Assembly (NCBI GenBank): GCA_010405405.1
Contig: MU004232.1
Location: 1,755,481-1,819,480 of the forward strand
DNA: 64,000 bases
Origin: Microthyrium microscopicum
Lineage: Eukaryota
Direction: 5' to 3'
The first letter of the stretch is position 1. Every line of letters starts with the position of its first letter. Below the pieces are notes generated by a model. The model was not told where the DNA came from. It ran no database searches and worked only from the letters and a program-made list of their open reading frames with translations. A program made the position numbers and the translations under genes. Positions 33,357 through 47,400 of this stretch are shown here, in pieces.

Positions 33357-33500
33357 ACTTAGCTTCTTTACGTTGCTTAATATTACTATAATACTTAGCT
33401 TCTTTATATTGCTTAGTATCGCTATATTACTTAGCTTCTCTATGTTACTTAATATTACTATAATGCTTAGCCTCTCTATGTTACTTAATATTGCCTACTT
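33357..33500 (+). repeat. Tandem array of a 36-bp unit (2 x 18 bp), about 4 copies
   Basis: cttagcttctttacgttgcttaatattactataata repeated with transition differences. Confidence 0.8.
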
Positions 33501-36345
33501 ATTAGTTTTGTTAAGTAATAAAAACTAGATACTATAATAAGAACTAGATATTAAAAAATCTAATAGTAAGTAGACCCTACTTAGCTAAGGCTTATACTTT
33601 AATCTCTCGTATATAAAGCTAATATAGCTAATTATTAGTAGCTTAAGTACTTTACTTTTTAACGTTATATATAAAAACATAAAGTTAAGCAAGTTTACTA
33701 AAAATTCGTATTAAAGAATATTTAATATCTTACTATTTAACTACTTAGAAGATATAGTTTATATACTAGCCTTTAAGAGACTATTAATTATTCTTAATTA
33801 TAAAAATAGTAATTAAGCTATATTAGAAAATATAGCTATAGTTAAAGTACTACTTAAAAAATAATATAATTTAGAGTATAGAGTTAGTATTGCTAGTAGT
33901 ATTAAATTTATGCTAAACTTTAGTAAATTAATTTTTAGGCGTACTAATACTAACGTATATTAAAAAGTGCTAATAATAGGTATCTTTATTATCTATTTTA
34001 TTCTCTAGTAGTACGTCTTACTTTTTAATAAAAACTTTCTTATAAATTATTATAATATTAATAAACTTCTACGAAATTCTATACTATTAATTTAGCAGGA
34101 TAGAGCAATTATAGTTCTATAAAGCTAATTTATACTCTAGCGTTAGCCTAAAGTAGGTAGTAAACTTAGTTACCCTAATACTTATTAAGAAATATTAGAA
34201 GAAATATAATATAGATAGCTAAGTAGCTTATTACCTTCTACTATTAGTACTTTATTATATTATAGTAATTCTCTATTAAGAACCTTTCTTATATATATTT
34301 TCTTAATATTATTACTACTTTACTAAATCTTTATTATAAAAATAGAGAGGAGTTTTACTAAACTCTCTTTAAAGGTAATATATTTATTTAGATTAAAACT
34401 ATTAAGTTATATAAAAACACTATATATTATTAGCGTAGAAAGTTAGTCTTTAAGTTAATAGTTATTTAAAGTTATAGAAATTATAATTTTAGTATAATAT
34501 TTAGTCTAAGAGATAATACTATATAATTCTATATTAGTATTTTATAATATATTAATAAATAAAATACTATATAATATATCTATTTTACTAGTCTAAGTAT
34601 AATAAGTATAAATTATATAACGATTTTTACTATATATTTAATTATTTATAATTATTTATAATTAATTAAGGCTACTAATATTATAATTATATTATTTTAA
34701 TCTAGTAGTAGTAAGAACTTTATAAAATACTACCTATTATATTTACTACCTAAATAGTATATTCCTTACTATACTAGATATATCCTTTTCTCTTCTTTAT
34801 CTTTATATATCTTTAGGTCTTCTCTTAAGTAATTCTCTTTATACTTAACTAGACTACTTTTAAGGAGGTATAGCCTTAAGTCTTTATTATACCCTTTTAA
34901 TATAACTCCTAAGCTTTTAATACTTCTTATATACTAACTAATTCTATTCTATTTCTTTTATTAGATAAAGGCCTTATAAAAATATAATAGGCTAACTAAG
35001 TATTACTAAATTAAGTAATTATAACTATTTAATAGCTAATACTCTTAGTTAGACTAAGTATTTAAAATAATAAGACTATAGTATTATAGTCTTTTTAAAG
35101 TTTTTATATCTCTTAGCTTTTAAACTTTAACTTCTTAACTTTATAACTTTATATATTTATATCTTTTACTACCTTTAAAAAAAAGATATATTCTTAATAC
35201 TATTTTACGCCTAACGTATATATTATTTATACTTATTAGCTATTTAATAGTCTCTTACTATTCTAACTTATTATAATAGTAAAATTAATTCCCTATAGCG
35301 TATTATATTAAAAAGGTAAATATACTTATCTAGAAAATAAGATTTCTAGTTATATTATAAAGCATTATAACTTTAATAATCTATAAGTTCTAGTATATTA
35401 CTTATAGATATTAGTAGTAATAATTATAATTAGTAAGTTAAGTTTAATACTTACTAAGCTACTTACTAAGCTTATTTTAGTTACGCTTATTAAGTAAGAA
35501 GAGAATTCTCTTTTTATTCTAAATTCTTATATATCTAACTTGCCTAAGCTATCTCTTTCTCTAGGTTCGCCCTTTAATTTTAGTAATAATAAGCTAATAA
35601 ATAATAATAGTAACGATAATAATAAAGATAAAGAAGATAATAAGACTCTTATTAATTCTAACCCTTTCCCTTTTCCTATTCCTCTTTTTACTAAAGCTAA
35701 GTATAATATACTTGTATAAAAATTTAACTTTAGCTTAATAGCTAGAATTAACCTTAGCTAGCTAGGTTCTATAAAAATAAAGCTAATTCTAGATATAAAG
35801 CGCCCTACTATACTTAATAAATAATAGTTTTAGACTATTAAGAAGTAGGATACCTTAATATCTAAAAAAAAATAACTATATAGTAATATTAGCTATATAA
35901 TAAAGATAACTTTTAGTAAATATATACTAGATACTACTATATATTTAGTATATATTAAGTATAGATAAGAATATTAGTAGTTTATAAAGAAAGTAAAGGC
36001 TACGTAAAGGAATTTTAGAAATTATTATACTTATTATATTATATATTTAAAGAACTATACTTTTAGAAATAATTATTATAAATCTAAGAATAAAGTTATA
36101 GAGTACGAGACTCTAAATAAATTATCTAATTTATAGACTAGTTAAAAGATAGAGATTTAGAGAATAATAATTTAGAGTAGGTAATTAATATAAAATAACG
36201 TATTAATGTATACTTTTTGTAATAATAATAACTATTTAAGTATTTAGTATTTTATACTTTCTTTATAATTATATTATTTAATTAAGTCCTATAAAAAGTA
36301 AGTAGGAATTACTTTAAAAGCTATAAGTATTCTATAAGGCGTATA

Positions 36346-36569
36346 TATAAGGAATCCTTACAGGTTTGGTGTTGTAGTGTTTGGATGCCAAGATCTAATC
36401 CTATAGATAAGATCTCTTTATCCCGTTTAGGGTTAGTGTATCTAAGGATATCCTAGGCTCCTACTTCTTTGTATTCGTAGCTATATCTCTAGATCTCTTC
36501 TCTTTGTACTTAGATCCTATAATACTAGCTACTTTCTACTTACCTAATTGTATCTATTAGCTCCTTATA
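36346..36569 (+). repeat. 5' LTR of the Gypsy element (224 bp)
   Basis: Starts TATAAGGA (RIP of TGTAAGGA), ends TCCTTATA; aligns end to end with 43835-44058. Confidence 0.95.
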
Positions 36570-39500
36570 TAATCTAAGTACCTCTATACTAAATTTACGC
36601 TCTGTGTATAAATTTATGTATTATTAATAAATACGTAGAGGTATTTATTAATTCCTATCTTAATCGTAGTTGTGCTATAGATCCAACTAATTAGTATTTA
36701 GCAATATTACTCTTGATTAGGATTAGCGTTACTAAAGGTGCTAGCAAATTTGCAAATACTAACTAGAGTAATGCGAATTTAGCGTCATTTGCTAGAATAA
36801 AGACTACTTAGAGGCCTAAGCTTTGCCCTATAGTATTCTTCTTAGATCCATAGAGGCGTTTATACTACTTCTTCTCTACTAACTATAAATACTCTTACCT
36901 TATTTCTTATTAAATCTATATTTATTATTCTATTAAATTAGTTTCGATTTATTAAGAAATACTACATTATTTTAGCCGTATATTATTATAAGTAAGGCGC
37001 TACTTATTCTTAATCTTAAACTAGTATTAAGTAACTCTTATATTATCCGTAAGCGTAGCAGCGTTAGTATTTAAAGCTATTTAGTTTTACTTTACTATAG
37101 TAGAGATAGCTATTTCGCTAAGAAGCTAGTTATCCTAGATATAAAAACTAATTAATAGTTTATCATTGCGTTAACGTTATAGCAAGAGAGTATCTTAGTA
37201 GTTAAGTCTATCAAAAAGTTATCCCTATTACCTAAAGTAGCTTTAGACGATGAAGATAAAGAATTCTTTTATTAAAATACTTAAGTTAGTATTAATATTT
37301 AATAACCTTATAAGATTATTACTAAATTATTAATTATAATACCTATTACGTTAGCAAGCGTAATAAAAGAGCTAGGATTAAAAAGCAAAGAGGTAGTAAC
37401 TTCTAGTACTATCGTTAGTAGTTTAGACAAAAGCGCATTAAAAGTAAGATTACCTATTAATATTTGCCATTAGTTAGAATTACTAGTACGTAAAAAAGAA
37501 CCTTATAATATTCCTATATTATTTCTATTTTACCTATCCTTAGAACTAGTAAACCTTAATAGTAAAGTTATATTATTTATTAGCATAAAGTCTTTATTTA
37601 TATAGACATTATATAGAGTAGAATTAGAGGTAGGAAAGCAAATATTAGTAGTTCTTTAGGATAATCCTAATAATTCTACTACTCTTTAGAAATATTATAT
37701 ATTAATGTCTAATAATAAGCATTTAGATTAATATATTAAGTTTATAAAAGAAGATTAATTCTTTAAATAACTATATACTACGTTGGCAATTAATTAAACT
37801 ATAGCATTATATTACTAGTCTGCTTAAAAACTTTAAGATTAGCTAATAGAAGAACTTATAGATACTAATATAGAAGTAAGTTAATTAGGTAAATTAGTAG
37901 AAGTACTATAGGAAGAGGTAGCTACCTATTAGTAGATAATAATAGATCTTAAAGTATTTACTAGCTAAATTCACTATAACTATAAGCTAGTATTAACTAC
38001 TATTCGTTTAAATGAATAGGTAGCCCTTACTAAATTAATAAAGAAATATAATACTAATTTATAGTATTGTAAGTTAGTTATTAACCTTTGCTACTAAATT
38101 TAAGAGCTTAAGGATAGACTTTAGATAAATTTAAATTAAGTCTATATTAATCTAGAAGATTTAAAGGATAACCTTTTATTAGGTTGCTCTACATCGTAAG
38201 TAATGTATTTAGTAGTTTTATACCTATAGCTCTAAGCTTAGGGAATATATTATATCTTGCTATTATTAGTAGCTAATAGTAGCTTTTTAATAATACTTAT
38301 AAAGTTTAAAGAACTTAGTAATTTTAAAAGTAAACCTACGTACTATAAATAGTAGAAGGAAAAGATATTAAATATACTTCTTAATAAGAATATATACCTT
38401 TATATCTTTATTAAGAAGAAGAAGATTAAGTTTATTTATATTTATTATACTAGCCTTATTTATAGTATTATAGTTATATATAGAGGTCATAAGTTAAAAG
38501 ACCCTTATTATACTATAGAAAAGATATAAGTAGACTTAGATAGATATTATTACTCTAAGAACGCTTTTAAAGATGCTAAAGTATAGCTAAAGTCTTTAAA
38601 TGCTAAGATAAAAGATATAGAAGGTCTTTAAGCCTTTATTAGCCGCTTCTTAATAAATTTAGTAAATATAGAACTATCTAAGCATAAGAAGATTATTAAA
38701 TTATAAGATCTTATTAACTATAAGTTTATAGACTTATTAGTAGGCTAGTATTTTAGTAGCTTTATTATATTTTACGCTTAACTTTACTTAGTTATATGCT
38801 AAATTAACTATAAGCCTATAGTTATAAATAATAACTTTTATAGCTATAATAATAATTAGTTTATTAATAAGAGGGCCTAAAATAATAAAATTAGTAATAT
38901 TAACTATCCTATAGATATCTTTAATGCCTTAAAAATAGACAAACGTTACGTTTATTATAGTTAAAAGAGTTACTACTACTTTAATAAGACCACTTTATAT
39001 AAAGATTAGGAACCTTTATTTAATAATAAGATTAAAGCCTTAGTTATACCTTTAGTAGTAATATTTACAAAAGTTTAAAAAGAATAGTAACCCTTTATAA
39101 AAGATACTATTAAGAATAACGACTATTAGTCTTTAAACTAGACGCTCTTTTACTAAGCTATAAGGAGAAGCTAAATAAGACTAAAGCATATAATAAAAGA
39201 AAGAAATATACCTTTAATATTATAATTAAGCGCGCAAAAGAAATATTTTATTAATATAATAAGGAATAGTGCTAAAATACTAAGAAAGCTAAGGAGATAT
39301 TTTATTAGGTAGAAGAAGACTATAAGAATATTAAAGAAAAAGCTTAAGAAAAGACTAAGAAGATACTTAGTTACCTTTATTAGTATATTTAGCACCTTAA
39401 GTATAAAGATACTATTTATAAGGGACGTATCTCCTTAATATATTTATATACTATTTATATCTTGCTAGCCTCTATTATATTAGTAGCATAGCCTTAAGAT

Positions 39501-42500
39501 ATTAAAAAGAAAGATCTTATTATTAGATTATAATAGACTACTATTAGCTTAGTATTTATGCTATAGTACTTAACCTACTCTAACGCTAGTATTTTAATTA
39601 ATATTAGTAGCAGCGTAATAGAAATTATTAACCCTTATTATCTTTAATAATATAGTATTCCTACTTTTTAACTTATATATTTATACTTAGTAATACTTAC
39701 TAATAGTAAGTTAGTATCTATAGTTAATAAAGCTACTATCCTTAACCTACATATTAAATACTACGTTAAGTAGATTAGCTATTTTATTATAAAAGTAGCC
39801 TCTTACGATTTAATCTTAAGAGTACCTTAACTAGATTAATATAAAGTTAACCTATATAAAGGTTTAAGAATATTAACCTTCTATAGCATAAGATATATTA
39901 TAAATTATATTATATTATAATACTTAATTATTATAGACTTAAAAGAACAATCTATAAACTTAGAATTACCTAAAGAATTAGATATTACTTTTATATTTAT
40001 AGCGATATTTAAGAAACTAATAAAGCATAAAGACGCTATAGTTAATATATTCTAGCCTAAAGATTTTAATAATAAAAAAGAAAAGAAACCTCCTAATAGC
40101 AATAAAGATAATAACGATAGATTTGTTATAAACCTTACTATATATATTATATTAGAAGAAGATTATTTTAAATAGTAAGATAAGTAAGATTACTCTTATT
40201 TATTAAAAGAGGAGATCTTAAAACTTATTTTGAAACGTTTCTACTAATATTTTAAAGTCTTTAATCTAAAGCGTTTAGATATCCTTACGCCTTATTGTAG
40301 TAAATATAACTACGCTATTAATTTTATCCTTAATATTAAAATTTTAAAACGTTAACTTATATTAATATTACTAAAATAAGCCTTAATTATTAAATAATAT
40401 ATTAAGAGTCTACTTTAGCGTAGTTTTACTATAGGTTTAAAATCTTAATATACTATATCTATACTTTGCGTAAGTAAGTTAAGAGAAGGTATCTACGTCT
40501 ATATTAATTACTATAGATTAAATAACATTACTATTAAAAATAGTAACGTTTTATTACTTATTAGTAAGACGCTTATATGCCTTATAAAGGTAAAGTATTA
40601 CTCTAAGTTTAACGTTATTACTACTTTTAAATGCATTCATATTAAATTTAAAGATAAATATAAGATAGTATTCTTAATACGCTATAGCCTATTTAAGTTT
40701 AAAATATTGCCCTTTAGCCTTATAAGGGGACTAAGGATATTCTAAGCGTACGTTAATTATATATTAATATAGTTTTTAGATAATTTTATAACTATTTATT
40801 TAGATAATATTCTAGTATTTAGCAAGATACTAGAAGAATATAACGCCTATATATATTTAGTATTAGACGTATTAGAACGTATAGGCTTATTCCTTAATAT
40901 TAAGAAGTTAGAGTTTGCTATTTAAAAGATAAAATACCTTAGTCTAATTATTATTATAGAAGGCATTAAGATAGACCTTTTAAAGGTTAATACTATAGTT
41001 AATTAGGAATAACTAAGTTATCTTAAGGATATATAGGTATTTCTTAGATTTACTAACTTCTACTAATAATTTATCTTTAATTACTTTATTATAATAGCAC
41101 TATTAATAAATCTTATTTAGAAGGATACTTTAGCTATATTCCCCTAAGACCTTAATAAGCCTAAGGAACGAGCTTTTAAGAAGCTAAAAGTAGACTTTAC
41201 TAGTATACTAATTCTATAATACTTTAATTATACTAAGGAAACTTAGATAAAGATAAACGTATTAGATTAGGCTTACGCTATTATATTATTATAAAAAGAT
41301 GCAAATAGTGATCTAAGACTAGTTGCCTTCCTCTCTAAGAAAATATTATTAGTAGAATATAATTATAATATTTACAATAAAGAACTACTTATTGTTGTCT
41401 ACGCCTTTAAAGAGTAGGAACCTAAGTTATTTAGTACTAAAGATATTATAAAAATATTCTTAGATTATTAGAATCTTTAAACCTTTATAAAGACTAAGAA
41501 GCTTATACGTTATTAAATACATTAGGCTAAATTCCTATTATAATTCTACTTTTTAATTAAATACTATCTTAGTAAGGATAATAGCAAAGCTAACGCTTTA
41601 ACCTAAAGATTATAGGACGTACTATAAAGTAATAAAGACCTACGAGTTAAGTAATAGTATTAATTACTCTTATTCTTATATTAATTTAGTATTAAATAAG
41701 CCGTTAAGCTAGCTATAATTCTTATTAACCTAATTACTTTATTCTTTATATAGATAGCTATACTTATATTAAATAAGCTAGATATTATTATAATAGGGGA
41801 GTCTAATTTAGAACTTATTATAAGGAGCTCTTAGAATAGAGTTTTAACTAGTTTAGATAATTTGCTACTAGTTAATACTAAATCCCTAGATTTTAACTTA
41901 GAATAGTTTATATAGGAAGTAATAAAGGTAAGTAAGAAAGATAAGTTACTAATTACGATTTAACTAGTAAAGGTATAGAAAAACTACTTCTTACCCTTTA
42001 GAGTACTAGATTAAGATTAAATTAAATTAATAAATTATAAGGCTCTACTAAATAGCACTATTCTTTATTAATAAAAGTTATTTATACTAATAATACATTT
42101 ATGAAATAAAGTAATAAAATAAGCGTATTAATATAAAGTTATAAGCTATAGAGGAACTATAATAACCTACTATTACCTTTAATAAGATTATTAGTAGCTA
42201 AGAATATTAGAATATATTAAGAAATATGTTAAAGGTTATTACTATATTTTTTTAAAGCTAGTACGTTAAAAGAAGTAAGGGCTCCTTTACTTGTTTTCTC
42301 TACTAAATTAGGCTTAGTCTAATATCTTTATAAACTTTACTATTTTACTACTACGCTATACTTATTAAAGTATAGTTTATTAATATATTATAGTTATTAT
42401 TAATTGTTTAACGTAATTATAATAGTTTATTATCCTTCTAAGTCTTTTAGTAAAAATAATAGTTATAGCATTTATTAATTAAGTATAAAAGCTATATAGT

Positions 42501-43834
42501 TAGCTAAACTCTATTCTTTTAAATTAAAGAACTTAATTTATATCTACTTTTTAGGGTTACCTATACGAACGTATAGGCGTTATATTAAGATTAAGTACTA
42601 TATAGTATTTAAAGTTTAATAGTATTACTAAAATAACTATTACTACCTTAAAATAGTATCTTAGATTCTTTATTAATTAGGATTAGGATAATTAGGTAGC
42701 TCTATTATTATTTACTAAATTTATAGTAAATTCCGCCATAAGTGCTACTATTAGTTTCATACTTTTTGAGGTATAAAATAGTTTTCTACTAAAATTAGGA
42801 CTTAAGTCTACTTATTATTTACTACTTAAAGCGTTATATACTTTTATTATAGTGCGTAAAGAAGTTGTTACTACTAATTAAGTATAAGATAGTTAAGAGA
42901 AGCTTTATAAGTTCTTAAAGAAGTAATTAGTATAGGCTTAAGCTTAACAAAAGCTTTATACTAATAAGTATTAACGTCTAGCACTAGATTTCTATCTTAA
43001 AGACTAGGTATAACTTAACGTTTAAAATTATAATATAACTTATCCTTTAAAAATACTTAATAATAAAAGTATTAATTCCTTTAAGGTGTTGTATAAGATT
43101 AATAGAGTAACCTATAAATTAGATCTTTCTAAATTAATAAAGATGTACTTAGTGTTTTACGCTTAGCTATTATATCTAATTAATAATAACGTATACCTAT
43201 TATAGGAATTAAATTTGCTCCTAGTAGTTATTAATAAAAAAGAAGGCAAAGAAAAATAGCTTATTAATACTATTATTAATAGTAAATAGGATAGTAAGAG
43301 TAAGAATAAGGTGCTTAAATATAAGATTAAATAGATAGGATTTTACAACGAAACTTAGCAGTTTTAGAAGGATGCTGTTAACGTATCTAATACTATATTA
43401 GAATTCTATAGGCTTTATCCTTAGAAGCTTAGCCTATACTCTTCTTAGTCTTTATTAGTAAATAAAGTTAAAGAAGAAGATTATAATACTAACAAACTAC
43501 CTATAGATTAAGATTATATAGTATAAAAAGCGTTATATTTATTTATTTTTACTAATAGTATTATACCTCTAGTTTAGTTTTTAATTTACGCTACTAAAGG
43601 AATTATAGAATACTATAAACTAGCTTAAATAAACATCCTCTTCTTTATTAAATAGATTTAGATAGTACTAAGGTAAGTAGATAGCATATTATTACATCCC
43701 TTAGTAGTAATATATATAAAGAAGTTTTATATTTATATAGACTAGCCTAGCCTAGCTTAGATTAGCCTAGACTAGACTAGAATAGATTAAATTAGGATAT
43801 AGCCTATAAAGTTTATTTTAGAGGAGGGGAGTTA

Positions 43835-44058
43835 TATAAGGAATCCTTATAGGTTTAGTATTATAGTATTTAGATACTAAGATTTAATCCTATAAATAAG
43901 ATCTCTTTATCCTATTTAGGGTTAGTATATCTAAGAATATCCTAGGCTTCTACTTCTTCGTATCTATAGCTATATCTCTAGATCTCTTCTCTCTATACTT
44001 AGATCCTATAATACTAGCTACTTTCTACTCGCCTAATCGTGCCCGTTAGCTCCTTACA
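43835..44058 (+). repeat. 3' LTR of the Gypsy element (224 bp)
   Basis: Follows the PPT, ends TCCTTACA, followed by TSD GTATA. Confidence 0.95.
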
Positions 44059-44449
44059 GTATATTATAAAGATTATAAATATATCTAATATTCTCTAATA
44101 TCTTTATAATTATATCGTTTAATTAAGTCCTATAAAAAGTAAATAAGAGTTACTCTAAAAGCTACAAATATCTTATAAGGCGTACGTTATAAGCGTTATA
44201 AGTATATAGTAATATATTATAGTTATTTAAATTAATTATATAAAGTATATTAATTATATTATTCTTATCGTCTTATTATTTATTATATACGTTATAATAT
44301 AAATATTAATATTAGTAAATAGTTAGTTATAAATAAGTAAAGTTAGAAAATATATAATATCTATATAGCTAATATATATGTTATAGAACTACAAAATATA
44401 CTAGCCTAAAATAAGTAGTCTAGTATTTTATTAAACTTTATAACTAGTT

Positions 44450-47400
44450 AGGTATTAGAAGGGTATATTTAGTAGAATATAAAATATCTAAAGATAGTTA
44501 GGTAATATTAAAAATCCTAAAGAATATTAATTTTAGGACTAACTATTATTACTATACTCTTACAATTAAAATAATATAAACCTATAAGCTAATAATCTAA
44601 TCTATTAACTTAATCTACTATACTATCTTCTACCTTATTCTTTTAATCTAATAATTATCCTAGTATACTAAGCTACTATATTATATTATTAAGCATTATT
44701 ATACTAAAAGATTAATTTCTTAGAATTATTCTATAAAACTATTACTATTAGATTTATCTTATTAAGACTATTATACTAGTATAACTTTTAACTAGATATA
44801 AGTAATAGTTAGTACTATAGAAATAGATAAAGATTTATAGTAAATAGCTATTATTACTATAAAGGCTACCTATATTAAAAATAAGGTAATATAGAAATAA
44901 AAAGATAACTTAAAACTACTACTTATAAGAGTATAGAAAGGAATTAAAGTATTACTAGAAGAACTTATATCTAAAAAGGGGGATTTAATATAACTATTCC
45001 TTAATTAGCTAATAGCTAATTTTATATAATACTATACGTTCTTTATTATAGTATAAAACTATATTAAATAACTAGTATTTTACCTAGCTTTAACTATAAA
45101 TAGAGCTTCTCTATTAATATACCTTAAGGCGTATCTTAACTAAAAACTTAATATAATTATAAAGTAAATTACTAAGATTAAAATAACTCTTAACTTCTAA
45201 GTAAAGATTATAAAAGGACCTAACCTACTAATCCCTAACTAAAAGGCTCCCTACATAAGCCTAATAGTCTAAATTAATATTATAAAAGTAGTTAAAAATA
45301 TAATAAAAAAAAATAAGCAAAATAAAATAAAGCTATTTAAAAAGATTAAGAAAACTATTCTATAGGTAATAGCTATTAGGCTATTACTTAGTAAGAATAT
45401 TAATATTATAGTTAATATATAATTAGATAAGAACTATATCTAAAATAAGCTACGTTAAATAGGCTTAGATAAGGTCTAGGTTCTATAATAAGACTATTTA
45501 ATAAAGATCCTAAAGGCTTTACTTAAACTAGATATAGTTTATAATAAGAATATAGATAATAGTAAACTAATTAAAGAACTAGTTAATAGAAATAAAATAA
45601 GATTTAAATACTTAAAGATAAGAGTAGTTTAGTAGCTTTATAGAAACGTAAAGTATAAATAGATAAAAGAAGAATTAAAAAAGTATAGAAAGATATATAT
45701 TAAGAGATTATTTATATTATATTACTTAATAATAGTAATAAGAAATAAAGTTATTTAGAAAAAGTTTATTATTAGAGTAAAGAAGCTCTTTACTAAATTA
45801 TATAACTTAAAATATATTACTAAATAGTATTTTTATTACTAAGTTTAGAACTATATATAAATAGCTTATATCTAATATAAACTAAACTATAGTAAATATA
45901 TAGGTAATTATAATACTAAAGACTATATTAAGATAAGTCTAGTTTAGTATTCTAACTATAAAGATAATAAGAAAGAAAGAAGAGGAGAAGAAGAGTAAAG
46001 CTAAGAATACTACGTATAGTAGAAAAATATATATAAAGTATACTAAATCTACTTTAAGAGTATAAAAGGATTCTAAGTAATAAATAAAAGATATATAAAA
46101 TAGATAAGAGCTATAATACTTATTTAAATTATACTAATCTAGTTTATAAATAATAATAAATATACTATAATAAATAATATAAAGAAAAGAAAAGTAAAGA
46201 CTAAGAATCTTAGAAGATTATTAATATTATAAAAAATAAAAAATAAAGTACGTAATAATTTAGTTAGAGGTACTTAAAAATTAATTATAAGTATATTTAA
46301 CTTTAATAGAAGTAATAATAGCTTATAAATTATAAAAGATAACATCTTAGAAGACTAATAAGAAAATAATTATAAAAGAGTAAAATAAGCTATAAATAAC
46401 TCTAAGCTAACCTCTAGTAATAAAATAAATAAAATCTAAATAATAAACTTAGATAAATAGTATTAATATTATATAATATAACTATAGAAGGTTAAATAGA
46501 AGGAAAGTAAGGCTATTCTTTAATATACTAAATAATACTAAGTAACTAATTATAGTAATTTAAGACCTTAGAGGAATTATAAAGCTAGGAAAGATATACT
46601 ACCTCCTTAGCTATATATTAGTATATAACTAAGATAATTAATTAAGAGTATACTTTATAATAAATAAGACGCTTAATATAAGGAACTAGTAAGTAAGATA
46701 TTATAACTAATTTATCTTAATACTACGCCTCTAGTATAGGTATATAATACTAATAATTATTAATATATATAGTAAAGGCCTAGTAATAAGTAACTATAAC
46801 TATATTACTAAATACTTAATACTAATAAAGGTAATTAATAAGGTAGAAGAAGAGATCTTATTAGTAAGAGACTTTAATTACTACTATTATTAATAGAGAG
46901 GCGTAGTATTAGTTACTAAACCTTAAGTAAATACCTTACTTTATAATATAATTAAGTAGGGGCTCTATCTATATATACTAGAAGGAAAACTAACTTATAG
47001 GTTACGTAAGGAAAGAGAAGTAAGAGTAGTAAAAATAGTAATTAATTTTACGTTCTTATCCTAGTTCCTTTAAGAAAGATTAGAGTTTTATAGCTTAGTT
47101 AATACCTAGGTACTAATAAAAGATTATATCTTAATACTAATTTAGCTAACCTTAGGATAAGAGAAGTATATACTAAAAGTATAGTATAATATATAAAAAC
47201 TAAATATAGAATAATTTATTAAATATATAAATAATAGCTTATAGAATACTAAAAATATACTAATAGAGGCCTTATATAAAGTAATAATAGAAGTACTAGA
47301 GATTTACTACTTAAAAGTAAAATCTTTAAAGTAAGCTTTATATAAGTAGTTATCTATAACTACTCTACTAATATAAAGAAAATACTATATAAAATAAAGA

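Larger units (their letters stand above)
36346..44058 (+). mobile_element. Full-length RIP-degenerated Ty3/Gypsy chromovirus LTR retrotransposon (7.7 kb)
   Basis: Matching 224-bp LTRs; 5-bp TSD GTATA (36341-36345 and 44059-44063); polypurine tract GAGGAGGGGAG at 43821. De-RIPped motifs in order: gag knuckle (~38945), protease LIDTG (~39595), RT YLDD (40797-40808), RNase H ETDASD and NY.IYDKELL (~41250-41390), integrase SDRGTQF (~42520), chromodomain (Y.IKW.G...TWQP, ~43260-43440). Confidence 0.95.

Noticed and set aside
36426..36436. TTAGGGTTAG telomere-like hits (also ~43916, ~52929, ~63758)
   Set aside because: Single units inside LTRs or RIPped DNA; no telomeric array.
39171..39395. 74-aa hydrophobic minus-strand ORF in the AT-rich block
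   Set aside because: Antisense to the Gypsy gag-pol region; the L/F/I/Y-rich composition is a RIP artefact.
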